Of a stretch of DNA of 64,000 nt, positions 44,096 to 54,482 are shown in pieces. Each line of letters begins with the position of its first letter. Within the stretch, counting starts at the first letter, position 1. Made by a program: the position numbers and the translations under genes. The DNA is from an uncultured Gammaproteobacteria bacterium (lineage in GTDB: Bacteria > Pseudomonadota > Gammaproteobacteria > SZUA-229): the NCBI GenBank assembly GCA_963759005.1, contig CAVWXQ010000023.1:63-64062 (forward strand), read 5' to 3'. The notes under the pieces are model-generated. The model ran no database searches and had not been told where the DNA came from. It saw only the letters and a program-made list of their open reading frames with translations.

Positions 44096-45336
44096 GACAG
44101 AGTTTGATGGTCGCTGCTATTGATAACGGCACTGCTTTAAGCCAGGGCTGTATACTGGTTGTAAGCAATTCAAGCGAAACCATCGCAAGTGTTGATATCA
44201 ATCTGTTGCCGCAAGGGTTTGATGTTCTACTAGCCAGTGAAGGAGCATCAGCATTACGCCTGTTTGAAGATAAAAGCATAAACTTTATTCTAATTGAAGC
44301 TGATCGTATTGACGTACCGATTGATGAGCTTGTTTATACATTACGTGTTCGAGCCGGTAATGTTTTTATTCCTATCATTATTCTTGCGTCAGCTGAGGAC
44401 GAAAATCTTCTGTCAGAGTGCCTGGCTGCAGGTTGTGACGATTTTCTATTTAAGCCGTTCACAGCAACAGCACTAAAAGCCAGGTTTTCATCATTGCAGC
44501 AGGTATGCGAATTAAAAGAATTATATAAAAGTTCTATAACTGAGCAGTTAGTAGCCAAACAAATATTAACTTATGCATTATCTGAAAGAAATATTCAATT
44601 TGAAGAAATTCAGTTACTAAGTAAATCAAAGGCTGTTTTTAGTGGTGATCTTTTTTTAACGGCAAGACGGCCAGATGGTGGTTTGCACATACTGCTAGCA
44701 GATTTTACCGGACATGGCCTTTCCGCTGCTATTGGCGCATTACCGGTTGCCGACATATTTAGTGTTATGACTGACAAAGGCTTCGAGCTAGAAGACATTC
44801 TTGAGAATATTAACAATAAATTACATACATTATTACCAGTAAGCATGTTTATGGCATGCAGCATGTTAAGGATACATAACGATTTAAAACATGCAAGTGT
44901 GTGGAACGGGGGGATGCCTGATATTTATTTACGAGATAGCCAGACAGGTGAAATAAAAAATAAAATAAAAGCCAGTCATATACCGCTGGGTATCGATGAA
45001 GCAACAATCAACAATTTTAAACTAGAAACTATAAATATAATACTTAATGACCAGTTTATTATTTATACGGATGGTTTAACCGAAGCTGAAAATGCCAACG
45101 GTGATATGTTTGGAAACCAGTATCTGGATAAATGCCTGGAGAATAGTCGAACAAAAGAATTCGTTTTTGCAAATATTGTTACTACGTTTAACAAGTTTTG
45201 TGGAGATATAGCACCCGATGATGATGTAACCCTTGCCTGTATTACCTGTACAGATAACATTGCAGAAGTAAATGACACATATCCTGTAAATAATAAGCAG
45301 ATCACGAGTAATCGTGATGAAGGTCGGAGTTGGTGA
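44092..45336 (+). CDS. REC-PP2C (SpoIIE) phosphatase, HsbR-like
   Basis: SGDL, ADFTGHGLSAA, WNGGMP, YTDGLTE, DDVTL. Confidence 0.9.
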   Translation: MRQSLMVAAIDNGTALSQGCILVVSNSSETIASVDINLLPQGFDVLLASEGASALRLFEDKSINFILIEADRIDVPIDELVYTLRVRAGNVFIPIIILASAEDENLLSECLAAGCDDFLFKPFTATALKARFSSLQQVCELKELYKSSITEQLVAKQILTYALSERNIQFEEIQLLSKSKAVFSGDLFLTARRPDGGLHILLADFTGHGLSAAIGALPVADIFSVMTDKGFELEDILENINNKLHTLLPVSMFMACSMLRIHNDLKHASVWNGGMPDIYLRDSQTGEIKNKIKASHIPLGIDEATINNFKLETINIILNDQFIIYTDGLTEAENANGDMFGNQYLDKCLENSRTKEFVFANIVTTFNKFCGDIAPDDDVTLACITCTDNIAEVNDTYPVNNKQITSNRDEGRSW

Positions 45337-45491
45337 TGAAATTTAGGGGTGCAAATTTACCAGCGGGGACTAGAAATACAAGGAACAATGCGATTTTACT
45401 GGACGATGAATTAACAGTTTCAATTTATTACCATGGAAGAGGGAATCGTGTAGCAGGAATTGTCAATGAGCGACTGTAGGTTAGTATTGAT

Positions 45492-46391
45492 ATGACAGAA
45501 AAAAAACCAGTCGTATTAGTTGTTGATGATGAGATATTTAATCTGGATCTTATAACAGATTATCTAAATGAGTCTGATATTGATGTTGTGTGTGTAGAAA
45601 GAGGCGTGCAAGCTTTAGCTGTGTTGCAGGAATCCCCCGATCGTTTTAGTAGCGTTCTGCTCGACCGAATGATGCCTGGAATGGATGGTATAGAAGTACT
45701 GGCACACATTAAAAAAGACGAAAAGACTAACCGCTTGCCTGTCATCATGCAAACAGCTAGTTCAGGCAAGAAAAAAATGCTTGAAGGTTTAAACGCAGGT
45801 GCTTATTATTACTTGTCTAAACCTTATGATCAGGAAACACTTATTGCAATAGTAAAAACGGCAATACGTGATTATCAGCATTATGTGCATATACAGGAAA
45901 ACCTGAAACAATCTGTACAAACATTAAAGATGATGGACAAAGGCTTGTTTAAATTCAAGTCACTAGAAGAGGGTAGGAATCTTGCAATATTATTGGCAAA
46001 CGCGTGCCCGAACTCTGAGCGTGTTATTCTTGGGTTGACAGAATTAATAACCAATGCAGTGGAGCATGGGAATTTGGGAATTACCTATGAGGAAAAGTCC
46101 AGATTAAATGCAAAAGGCGACTGGGAAAGTGAGGTTGAAAACCGGTTAGCTTTACCATCTAATAAAGATAAATATGCGACTGTGGAATTTAATCGTAATG
46201 ACAATAAAATAACATTAGTTATTACCGATCAGGGAAATGGTTTCGACTGGCGTAAGTTTATGACAGTTAGTCCAGAACGTGCCTTTGATAGTCACGGTCG
46301 TGGTATAGCACTGGCGAATTCGATTAGTTTTAAACACGTTGAGTATCTAAACAATGGTAACAAAGTGTGTGTAACTGTGCCTTTGCAGTGA
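45492..46391 (+). CDS. REC + HATPase_c (anti-sigma kinase-like) protein
   Basis: LDRMMP; ELITNAVEHGNL, DQGNGF, HGRGI, GNKV. Confidence 0.88.
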   Translation: MTEKKPVVLVVDDEIFNLDLITDYLNESDIDVVCVERGVQALAVLQESPDRFSSVLLDRMMPGMDGIEVLAHIKKDEKTNRLPVIMQTASSGKKKMLEGLNAGAYYYLSKPYDQETLIAIVKTAIRDYQHYVHIQENLKQSVQTLKMMDKGLFKFKSLEEGRNLAILLANACPNSERVILGLTELITNAVEHGNLGITYEEKSRLNAKGDWESEVENRLALPSNKDKYATVEFNRNDNKITLVITDQGNGFDWRKFMTVSPERAFDSHGRGIALANSISFKHVEYLNNGNKVCVTVPLQ

Positions 46392-46398
46392 GGAATAG

Positions 46399-47523
46399 AT
46401 GAAAACGTCTTCAGATAATGAAATAAAAAAGAGTTACGAAAAAAATAAAACAAGTGTTGACGATTCAAATGAAAACATCAATGTAAATCATGTTTTGAAA
46501 GAAATAGTTAACCAGTTAATATTGCCAGCTGCATCTGGAAATGACAAGTTCGAAGTAGTAAAAGCGCTCAATAGTTCTGATGATAAAATAGAAAAAGACA
46601 TTATTCAAAAATTCGTATGGTTAATCAATAAAAGTATTAGCACCGTAGAACAGGAAAAGCAGGATCTTGAAACATACTTAAGTAAAATTAGTACACAGCT
46701 GGTAGATATTGAGTCATTTATGAATGTAATGCGTCTGGATAATGATGAAGCAAAATTCAGGTCATTATCATTAAAGGATTCTGTAGAAACAGGCGTATCC
46801 AGTATCGAAAAAACCATTACAAAGTCGACAGATTTAACAAGACTTAAACACGATGTGTCGGCAAACTTAATGGAAATTCGCAAACATGTTGAAGATTATA
46901 AACACGCAGAAGTAGAAAAAAAGGACATTTCCTCACAAAGTTATGCAAAAATTATAGAGGAGCTTTCTCGTTCGCAAAAAGAGTCAGAGAAATTACAGGC
47001 ACAGTTACATGAAAGTAAGATACAACTTTTACGTGATCCGTTGACCGGTATTGCAAATCGACTGGCTTATGACGAAAGAATTATTGTAGAGTATAACCGC
47101 TGGAAGCGCACCAACTCACCATTGTGTCTTGCTTTATGGGACCTGGATCATTTTAAGAAAATTAATGACAGGTATGGTCATGGTGTTGGCGATCGTGTCT
47201 TAAAATTATTTGCAGACATAATCCAGTCAAGAATTAGAAAGGTAGATCTATTTGCAAGAGTTGGTGGAGAGGAATTTACTTTGTTAATGCCGGACACATC
47301 TATCGAAAATGCCATTAATTTAAATAATAAATTACGGGTAATGCTTGAAGAGTGTAATTTTCATTATGAAGGACGGCATTGCCGAATTACATCATCAGTT
47401 GGTATAGCTGAATTTCGAAGAGGTGATAAAGCTGAAACTGTTTTAGAAAGAGCAGATAAAGCCCTCTATCAGAGTAAAAATAATGGTAGAAACAGGTGTA
47501 CTGCTTTTAAAGAAGACCATTAA
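46399..47523 (+). CDS. Diguanylate cyclase
   Basis: DPLTGIANR, DLDHFK, ARVGGEEF; coiled-coil N-terminus. Confidence 0.93.
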   Translation: MKTSSDNEIKKSYEKNKTSVDDSNENINVNHVLKEIVNQLILPAASGNDKFEVVKALNSSDDKIEKDIIQKFVWLINKSISTVEQEKQDLETYLSKISTQLVDIESFMNVMRLDNDEAKFRSLSLKDSVETGVSSIEKTITKSTDLTRLKHDVSANLMEIRKHVEDYKHAEVEKKDISSQSYAKIIEELSRSQKESEKLQAQLHESKIQLLRDPLTGIANRLAYDERIIVEYNRWKRTNSPLCLALWDLDHFKKINDRYGHGVGDRVLKLFADIIQSRIRKVDLFARVGGEEFTLLMPDTSIENAINLNNKLRVMLEECNFHYEGRHCRITSSVGIAEFRRGDKAETVLERADKALYQSKNNGRNRCTAFKEDH

Positions 47524-47575
47524 CTTAGTTCTGAATAATCTGCAGTTAAAAACATAAAAATTACAAACATTTACT

Positions 47576-47630
47576 TTCCACAGAGGTCACTCTTTCACAC
47601 ATAAATGCGTATGAGCGACCTCTGTGGTAA
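47576..47630. repeat. Collapsed family A element with insert-derived centre
   Basis: ttccacagag-gtcactc...gagcgac-ctctgtggtaa. Confidence 0.75.
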
Positions 47631-47966
47631 AAATGCTTTTTAGTTTTTGACCTTTATCTGGCAATAAGTAATGGTCATATAAAGTCTGAGACATTGTATG
47701 CAAGCTACTGAAATACATAATTTATCTTATTTTATTTACTTAAAATGTAACTAACCATTCATCGGTTTGTACGGACATTTTGTCGAATTATTAATAGATT
47801 TTTCTAGAATTGGTATATCATTCGTTAACTTTAAGCAAAACGTGCTTATCGTACTCAAATGTCAGTCATGGTTCTCGTGGCTGAGCAAGAAACTCCAAAT
47901 CAAATTCAAAAAACATTATTACATCTAAGCGATGTATCAATTTATTTACATACGGGATGTATATAG

Positions 47967-49669
47967 ATGAAAATTATGATGAATATATATCATGTGAAAA
48001 CGCTGTCCATTAAAGTGGCCTTATTGACGACTGCATTCGGTCTAGTAGGGTGTGACCCTGGTCTACCAGAAGGCAGCTCTGGCTTTAATGCCACCGGGTT
48101 TGCAGCACCTCTCAGTCAGGCAGAATTTAATGCTCTGCCGCCAGAAGAACAATATCAGGTCGCCAGTAAATTATACGGGACGATGTACCGCGGTATTTCA
48201 GCGGAAGATTTTTTTGATCTGAACGCAGGTACTACCAATTTAACTCCTAAGAGCAGCACCTTCCTAAACGATACAAAACAGGCCTTAAGCCAGCCTTTAT
48301 CAAACCATGCCTTAGTTGCGGCTAATACCTTGATCGAAGGTCTTGATAGCGAAGGTAACCCGAACGAGGCTGATGCTAAATATTCTTTTAATGATGATTC
48401 AGATGCAGATGAAAATGAAAGAGCCATGCAGATACCGCTTGGCGCGAATTAAAGAGTACCCGATCAGTCGTGATCTATACGTGCAGTGGATGGCGTATTT
48501 TTTAAGTAATACCATCATGTATTCACCAGCGGTTGAAATGGAAACTACGGATACGGTTGATGCGCAAAATATGTTTAGTTTTTTAAGTTCGAGAATTAAA
48601 GATAAGCAGTCTGTCAGAGATATGATTCGTTCGAATTTGCCTTCATTAGCAAGATGGCGTGTTTCTCGTTCTTCTGAAAATCATGCTCTGGAAGCTTATG
48701 AGCTTTACCTGGGATTATTCGAAACGGAAGAAGATTCGGTGAAGGGTGGTATAGCGTGTAAAGATTTTTATCTAACTGATGAAGACTTCAGGTTACATAT
48801 TCAGTAATAACGGTAACAGAATACCGAACCACAACTTATTCTTGAAACATCATTTATAACTACCTGCAATGATTTATATGATGTTATTGCGGGTCATCCA
48901 CTGGTAATGCCTCGTGCGGTTGAGGTGTTGGTTAATTATTTATTCTCGGGTCGTTCGCGTGAAGATAGAGTAGAAATAATTAATTCTATCGCCAGTAGTG
49001 GTGCAGAGACGTACGAAGATATATTTACCGCAATGATTTTCTCAAGAGAGTATTTATTGAATACTGAACGACCAAGATCATTTGAAGAAAGCTTATTGCC
49101 GCTTTTGGATGCATTGAAGTGGGATCCAGCAGCCAGATCTAGGTGATAGAGTTGGTAAACGAATCTTTGAGAATCTGGTTACTGATTCTAATGATAGCAA
49201 TAGGTTGTATCTCGGTAATAAAGGCTGGAATACAATGACATTGAAAATTGGACGTTTACCTGATGTGCCTATGGATGCATTAAGTTTTGCAAATTATCAT
49301 AAAGGCATACGTGAACATTTGTTAATGAATGAAAGCAGTTATCACGGAAATTATGACGGTATACCGGGTTTGATTTATAACGGTGATGGTGGCAATGATG
49401 ATGAGAGTTTGCGTGATGTTGTTTCACAGCTGAGTTTAACGGATTACGTTCACTTTCTGTTTTTAAATACCCTGCAAAGAAAAGCAAGTGCTGAAGAAAT
49501 TGATGGGTTGATTACCATCTATGAGTGGATGGACATCTCAACAGACACAAATGGCGAGAAAATTGTTAGGCCAGATTCTGGTAATAATCGTCACAATGAC
49601 ATCGCTGAAATAACCTTTGACTATATATCGAGATTGCCTGAGCTCTATTATTTCAAGGCGATCAATTAA
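47967..49669 (+). pseudogene. DUF1800-like lipoprotein, split into four ORFs by frameshifts
   Basis: Lipobox LVGC; ENHALEAYELYLG resembles the DUF1800 ENxARExxELF motif; lies upstream of a DUF1501-like gene. Confidence 0.55.
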
Positions 49670-49844
49670 AGGCGAATCTATAAGGAACAAATATGGCTTA
49701 TCTTTGTTAACTACTGATACAGATGGAAATCAAATAATTAATCCAAGTACATCTGATAATCGTCATAATAATATTGCTGATGTCACTTTTGACTATATTT
49801 CCAGATTGCCAGAGTTTTATTACTTCAAGGCGATAAATTAAAGG
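49583..49844 (+). repeat. Diverged tandem duplicate of the gene's 3' end
   Basis: NRHNDIAEITFDYISRLPELYYFKAIN* versus NRHNNIADVTFDYISRLPEFYYFKAIN*, both followed by taaagg. Confidence 0.85.
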
Positions 49845-49852
49845 AATGAAAC

Positions 49853-51454
49853 ATGAATAAAAGAAACTTTCTTAAGAGTATTGCTGCATTAGGTGGTTCT
49901 GCACTTTTGCCTTCTTCAATGAATCCACTGGCAATGTATAAAACAGCAAGTGCAGCGGTTGATTATTCTGCAGCAACTGTTCTTGCACCAGCAGTCATGC
50001 CGCAGGTGATTAACATCTTTTTATACGGTGGGCCATCTGAACTTTCGGGTAATTTAACCAACATTGTTGATATTGATGCTAATTCACAAAATTCGTATGC
50101 CGCTGCTTTTGGTGGACGAATTTTAACTAATGATACTGATGGATTAGCTACAAATGGATTTATTACTAAAAATGGTTTTTGGCGTGGAACGCCCAATAAT
50201 AATAATCCGCATTTAGATGATAATGGTGCCGGTGGTCGTGCCATGCAGTTTATGGTTGATAACAACTATATGTCTGTCTATCGTACATTAATGAAAAGGC
50301 TTGATGGCACCCGTTCTCATCGTGAAAGCCTGTTACAAAGTTTTAAAGGTTCATTAGATATAGAAGGAAGTGCTGGCGTAGGAACCAAAGTTGCAGCTAC
50401 CTTATATCAGCATCGCGCCCAATATGAAGGCACGACTACCCTTGCAGATGGTACTGCGATAGGTGATATTGTAAATGATCTGTTATTGCCCTTTGTTTCA
50501 TTCGAAGGCGATACGCGTGCATTCCAGCAAGACCCCAATTTTCAGATACCGCTATTGTATCGAGGGATTACTCTGGACCAGAATTTTAATAATCCTTATA
50601 GCAGGGGTAGCAATAACAATGACGCTGTACTCGAAGCCCTTGCAAATACCAGAAGAACGGCTGCATACAATGCCCGATATTCAAAAGCGGCAAACAGTTT
50701 TGATTTAAGAGCTTTTCTAGAGAGTAAAATTGATAATATCGGTACTGCTGATGATCCTGCCAACTTGCCATTTATTACAGATCCTGTAGATGCTGCAGCT
50801 GTAGGTTTAACAGCTGGCCAGCAACTTGTTTATCCAAATACGCAGTACACCTCAAGAGTTCGTGCTGCAGTAACGTTAGCACTGGTTAATCCTGGTTCAC
50901 TCTATTTAACCGTTGGTGGCGGATTAGGTGGCTGGGATGATCATAATAATGGCATTGATAATTACCGTAACCGAATGAATGCTTTACTTGAAACGTTGAA
51001 AGCAGCAATGTTACATATAAAGTATTCAGATCAATCTCAAAATGGCGGTGCGTTTACCACACTGGATGGCAATACGCGATCAACCGATAATATTGTAATC
51101 AATATGTTTGGTGATTTTGGTCGACGTGTAAATCTGAATGGTAATCAGGGTTGGGATCACGGTAACAATCAAAATCTATTTACTTTTGGTGGTGCTGGTG
51201 TCAGAGCGGGTGGTGCTGCTGCTTTAGGAAAAGTTGTTGGTAGAACAGTACGAGTTGGTGCCGGCGGTACTAATAACCAGGTAACCGAACCCGCTCCGGG
51301 AAGTTATGAAGCTGAGCCGATGTCAGTCGCATCAACGGTTTTTTCTTATTATGGTGTGCAGGACCCGGAATTACTAACTCGAGATGATGAGTTAAATCCA
51401 CTTGGTGTTCCAGCTATTAACGAAAACACACCTGGTGAACCGAATCTGTTTTAA
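49853..51454 (+). CDS. DUF1501-family Tat-exported protein
   Basis: MNKRNFLK Tat-like signal, IFLYGGPS, GGWDDH, GDFGRR, GWDHG. Confidence 0.8.
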   Translation: MNKRNFLKSIAALGGSALLPSSMNPLAMYKTASAAVDYSAATVLAPAVMPQVINIFLYGGPSELSGNLTNIVDIDANSQNSYAAAFGGRILTNDTDGLATNGFITKNGFWRGTPNNNNPHLDDNGAGGRAMQFMVDNNYMSVYRTLMKRLDGTRSHRESLLQSFKGSLDIEGSAGVGTKVAATLYQHRAQYEGTTTLADGTAIGDIVNDLLLPFVSFEGDTRAFQQDPNFQIPLLYRGITLDQNFNNPYSRGSNNNDAVLEALANTRRTAAYNARYSKAANSFDLRAFLESKIDNIGTADDPANLPFITDPVDAAAVGLTAGQQLVYPNTQYTSRVRAAVTLALVNPGSLYLTVGGGLGGWDDHNNGIDNYRNRMNALLETLKAAMLHIKYSDQSQNGGAFTTLDGNTRSTDNIVINMFGDFGRRVNLNGNQGWDHGNNQNLFTFGGAGVRAGGAAALGKVVGRTVRVGAGGTNNQVTEPAPGSYEAEPMSVASTVFSYYGVQDPELLTRDDELNPLGVPAINENTPGEPNLF

Positions 51455-51481
51455 TCAATATACACATTTAATTAGTATTAA

Positions 51482-51508
51482 ATAAACTCCGCATATTGCG
51501 GAGTTTAT
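51482..51508. terminator. Intrinsic terminator hairpin
   Basis: ataaactccgca-tat-tgcggagtttat. Confidence 0.75.
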
Positions 51509-51549
51509 TTATTGTAGGATGAAAACTTAAGTATTTTATTGAACAGAAA

Positions 51550-51850
51550 GGCCGGTATCCAGATTCCATAAAAGATGAGTCCAAGTTTGTCATGCCGGCA
51601 AATGCCGGTATCCATAGACAGCAAAAGAGTCATAGTACCATACAGGAATGGACTCCATCCTTAGGCCGTAACTGTGCGCCCATGCACCGCTACTCAGTCC
51701 AGTATCAGCATGACGGACGAGTATTAGTTGTAGCATAAAGACTGAGGTACGTAAGTACAAAGTCTAAGGTTCGTCATGCAGGCGAATGCCGGTATCCATG
51801 TTCAGTAAAGGTGTGCTTACATTTCATAAGTACCAGACAGGCATGGATTA
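51550..51850. repeat. Cluster of GTCATGCCGGC..GCCGGTATCCA REP-like repeats
   Basis: Copies at ~51551, 51589 and 51773 with complementary tgga.../gcatgacgg arms. Confidence 0.7.
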
Positions 51851-51890
51851 CTGTTTTCGCCTGAGCAACGAGTAATTACCGGCACTCTTA

Positions 51891-52153
51891 TTACAAATTA
51901 CTTTTATATAAATCATCCCATTGTGGATTGGACTCTTCAATCCTTGTGATCTTCCACTCTCGTTTCCAGTTTTTTATTTTTTCACGGTTAAGTGCAGATA
52001 TTCATGTAGTCATGTAGTTCATACCAGACTAATTTATGAACACTATATTTTTAGTAAAACCTTCAACAACATTACTTTTATGTTCGCATATGCGTTTTAC
52101 AAGATTAGAAGTAACGCCAACATAGCTAGCAAAGGCGTGCATAAGTATTTCAT
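51891..52153 (-). pseudogene. Small GIY-YIG nuclease pseudogene
   Basis: Minus strand reads, across frameshifts, MKY..LASYVGVTSNLVKRICEHKSNVVEGFTK.YSVHKLVWYELH..REKIKNWKREWKITRIEESNPQWDDLY. Confidence 0.8.
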
Positions 52154-52202
52154 TGTCCTGGTCTCTGTGGTCAATAATTATTGTATTTTCCAGATCAAAA
52201 CG

Positions 52203-52231
52203 AAAAACTCCGCAATATTGCGGAGTTTTTT
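52203..52231. terminator. Intrinsic terminator hairpin of the DUF3570 operon
   Basis: aaaaactccgcaatattgcggagttttt. Confidence 0.75.
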
Positions 52232-52259
52232 ATGAAAAAGTTTAAGCTGTAAATGCAAT

Positions 52260-53510
52260 TTAGAATGTTTTACTATAAGCAATCTGGAATATGATTGCTT
52301 TGTTGGTATCGAACTCGGAATGATCAAATGACTGGTGCATGTATTCCAGTCGTGCACGTATATGTCCATTTATCCCAATTTCTCTACCATAGCGTATACC
52401 AGTTGTGATGCTTTTCATATCATCAAGTCGATAATCAGCACTGATGTATTCAGGGAATAAGGTTGTAGGATCAAGACCTGCAACGTTATCTACAAAAAAT
52501 TGATTCTGATAAAAGAAAGCCTTACTTTGCTGGTAAAGTCGAATTCTTGGTTCTATATAATTAGTGTTCGCTAAAGTAAAACGGTAATTAAAATCAAACG
52601 TATGCGAGTCAACTTCCCAGTCATCTGTGTAGTATCTATAAGACCCATGAATGATGTTATTAGCCGGGTATGTTTGATGGTTTAACTTGAATGTTAAACT
52701 TGTTCTTTGTCTTGACCCGGGCCTGCCTTCATAATAACTTGAGTCATCAATAGGTAGATTGGTGGTTCTATCAACAACACTGAAAACTTTGTATGGATCG
52801 GTGTGATAACCATTTGATACACTGTAAGCAAGATTAATTTGCCCTACCGTTCTACGATTGATTATGTGGGTTAGACCCAGTATGAGGTCGGTTGAATCTT
52901 TCTCACCTTCACCAGCAAACTGATTATCACCAATTTGAGTTAGCGGCACCGGTGTGTTTCCAGCGCCAACGCGAAATATTTGATCATACGTCCCCGCTAA
53001 ACCTACAGTAAAACGATAATCTTTTTTCTGAGTTTCCTTGCTAACCGTTACAGCGCCACTATATGAGCGATAGTCGTTTTCAATGGAAACAGCGGCGTTA
53101 TAGTCAACAGTCCAGTTGTTATCATGTGCATGTGTCCAGGTTAAACTATTGGCAAGACGGGTGTCATCAAATTTAGCTAATGCAGACGCATTAGGATCAG
53201 TTACTGCTGTACCGCCTCCGCCAGAAGCACCAGATGTGGTATTGGAGCCACCACTGGCTATTACCGCACCTGAAGGGGTAGAGCCAGACATGGTGTCTAA
53301 AACCATCTGTATATTGACACGATCTCTACCGGTTACATCACCACCGACAGCGGCAACAAACTTTACTACATCAACGCGATCATCGGCTTCAGAGTAATAC
53401 AGTAAGGAGCTATCAATCTCCCATGCATTCTCAATGGCTAAAGCATTACCACTTTGTTGAGATAACAACGTGCAGGTGGCCACGGTTAATTGATTCTTAA
53501 TTGATTTCAT
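52260..53510 (-). CDS. DUF3570 outer-membrane beta-barrel-like protein
   Basis: LYYSE, DTMSGST/TTSGAS, S.ENDY.S, YRYYTDDWEVDSHT, SADYRL, terminal Phe; downstream of DUF4266. Confidence 0.82.
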   Translation of the reverse strand: MKSIKNQLTVATCTLLSQQSGNALAIENAWEIDSSLLYYSEADDRVDVVKFVAAVGGDVTGRDRVNIQMVLDTMSGSTPSGAVIASGGSNTTSGASGGGGTAVTDPNASALAKFDDTRLANSLTWTHAHDNNWTVDYNAAVSIENDYRSYSGAVTVSKETQKKDYRFTVGLAGTYDQIFRVGAGNTPVPLTQIGDNQFAGEGEKDSTDLILGLTHIINRRTVGQINLAYSVSNGYHTDPYKVFSVVDRTTNLPIDDSSYYEGRPGSRQRTSLTFKLNHQTYPANNIIHGSYRYYTDDWEVDSHTFDFNYRFTLANTNYIEPRIRLYQQSKAFFYQNQFFVDNVAGLDPTTLFPEYISADYRLDDMKSITTGIRYGREIGINGHIRARLEYMHQSFDHSEFDTNKAIIFQIAYSKTF

Positions 53511-53737
53511 TGTATATCCTTAACCCGAATATTTCACAGGGATGCATTTGTTGGGGAGATGTCATTGTTTAGTTTGCTAAATTTATAAGTGAACTGTTCA
53601 AAATGGCCGCTTATATTTCCCCCAAAACCGCCTGGTTTTTTCGGGTGTATTGTGTATTTTTTAAAGTAGTTTTACTTTTTAATGAAACATAAGGTTTACT
53701 AAAAAGTGTAGCGTTGCTATGGAATATTTGGCTTGTA

Positions 53738-53971
53738 TTAATTGCAGCCACAACCGCCGCCGCCAACACCATTGCCGCCTGTTGATGCTTCTTTACTGAA
53801 AAAGATGTGCTCATCACTAAATGAGAACATTTTATCCTGAGGAAATTGCATAGCTTGCTGTGCAAGAATATCCTTTTCCCAGGGTTTAACTTCTTCACCG
53901 ACGCTCATATTTTTTACCGTTGAACAGGCGGATGTGAGTAAGCAAATCAGAATTATTGAAATTTTATGCAT
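53738..53971 (-). CDS. DUF4266 lipoprotein
   Basis: LTSAC lipobox, VKPWEK, SKEASTGG.GVGGGGCGCN. Confidence 0.9.
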   Translation of the reverse strand: MHKISIILICLLTSACSTVKNMSVGEEVKPWEKDILAQQAMQFPQDKMFSFSDEHIFFSKEASTGGNGVGGGGCGCN

Positions 53972-53993
53972 AATGGTTCGGTCTATTTAGAGA

Positions 53994-54482
53994 CTATATT
54001 GAATTAATTAGTTTGTTTATTTTATTTTCTATTTCATTTGAGTCGCCTTCTCTATAACCTTTGTGGGTAAATATGAGCTCACCTTTTTTGTCGATTAAAT
54101 AGGAGCCAGGCATGACTTTTAAATTGTATTTACTTGCAACCGAGCCTTCAGGGTCATAAGCAATATCAAAATTAGCGGGTATGTTTTGTAGAAACTTTAA
54201 TGCATCAGCTTTAGACGAATCCAGATTAACCGCAACAATGGCGAACTTATTGCTGTCATATCTTGATTGCATCTCATTCATCCAGGGGAATGACTTACGG
54301 CAGGGAACACACCATGATGCCCAAAAATCAAGATAGACTACCTTACCCTTAAGGTTTTCGAGATTGATGCTTTTATTGTTACCGGGTAGTTCAAAAACTG
54401 GTGCTTTTTGCGCATAGCCGTATGAGCTGAGAAAAAGAGTTAAACAAATCGAAATGTTTGTTATAAGTTTTTGATTTGTCAT
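53994..54482 (-). CDS. TlpA-family thioredoxin-like protein
   Basis: YLDFWASWCVPCRKSFPWMN. Confidence 0.92.
   Translation of the reverse strand: MTNQKLITNISICLTLFLSSYGYAQKAPVFELPGNNKSINLENLKGKVVYLDFWASWCVPCRKSFPWMNEMQSRYDSNKFAIVAVNLDSSKADALKFLQNIPANFDIAYDPEGSVASKYNLKVMPGSYLIDKKGELIFTHKGYREGDSNEIENKINKLINSI

Noticed and set aside
3118-49669. Programmed frameshifting or mass pseudogenisation (PKD, dsbC, soxW-like, motB, two kinases, DUF1800-like)
   Set aside because: Scattered single-base indels without a shared slippery motif are more simply explained by sequencing or assembly error; needs read-level checking.
49583-49844. DGR template/variable repeat pair
   Set aside because: Differences are mainly synonymous and not adenine-specific. 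The only RT is a group II intron IEP 48 kb away.
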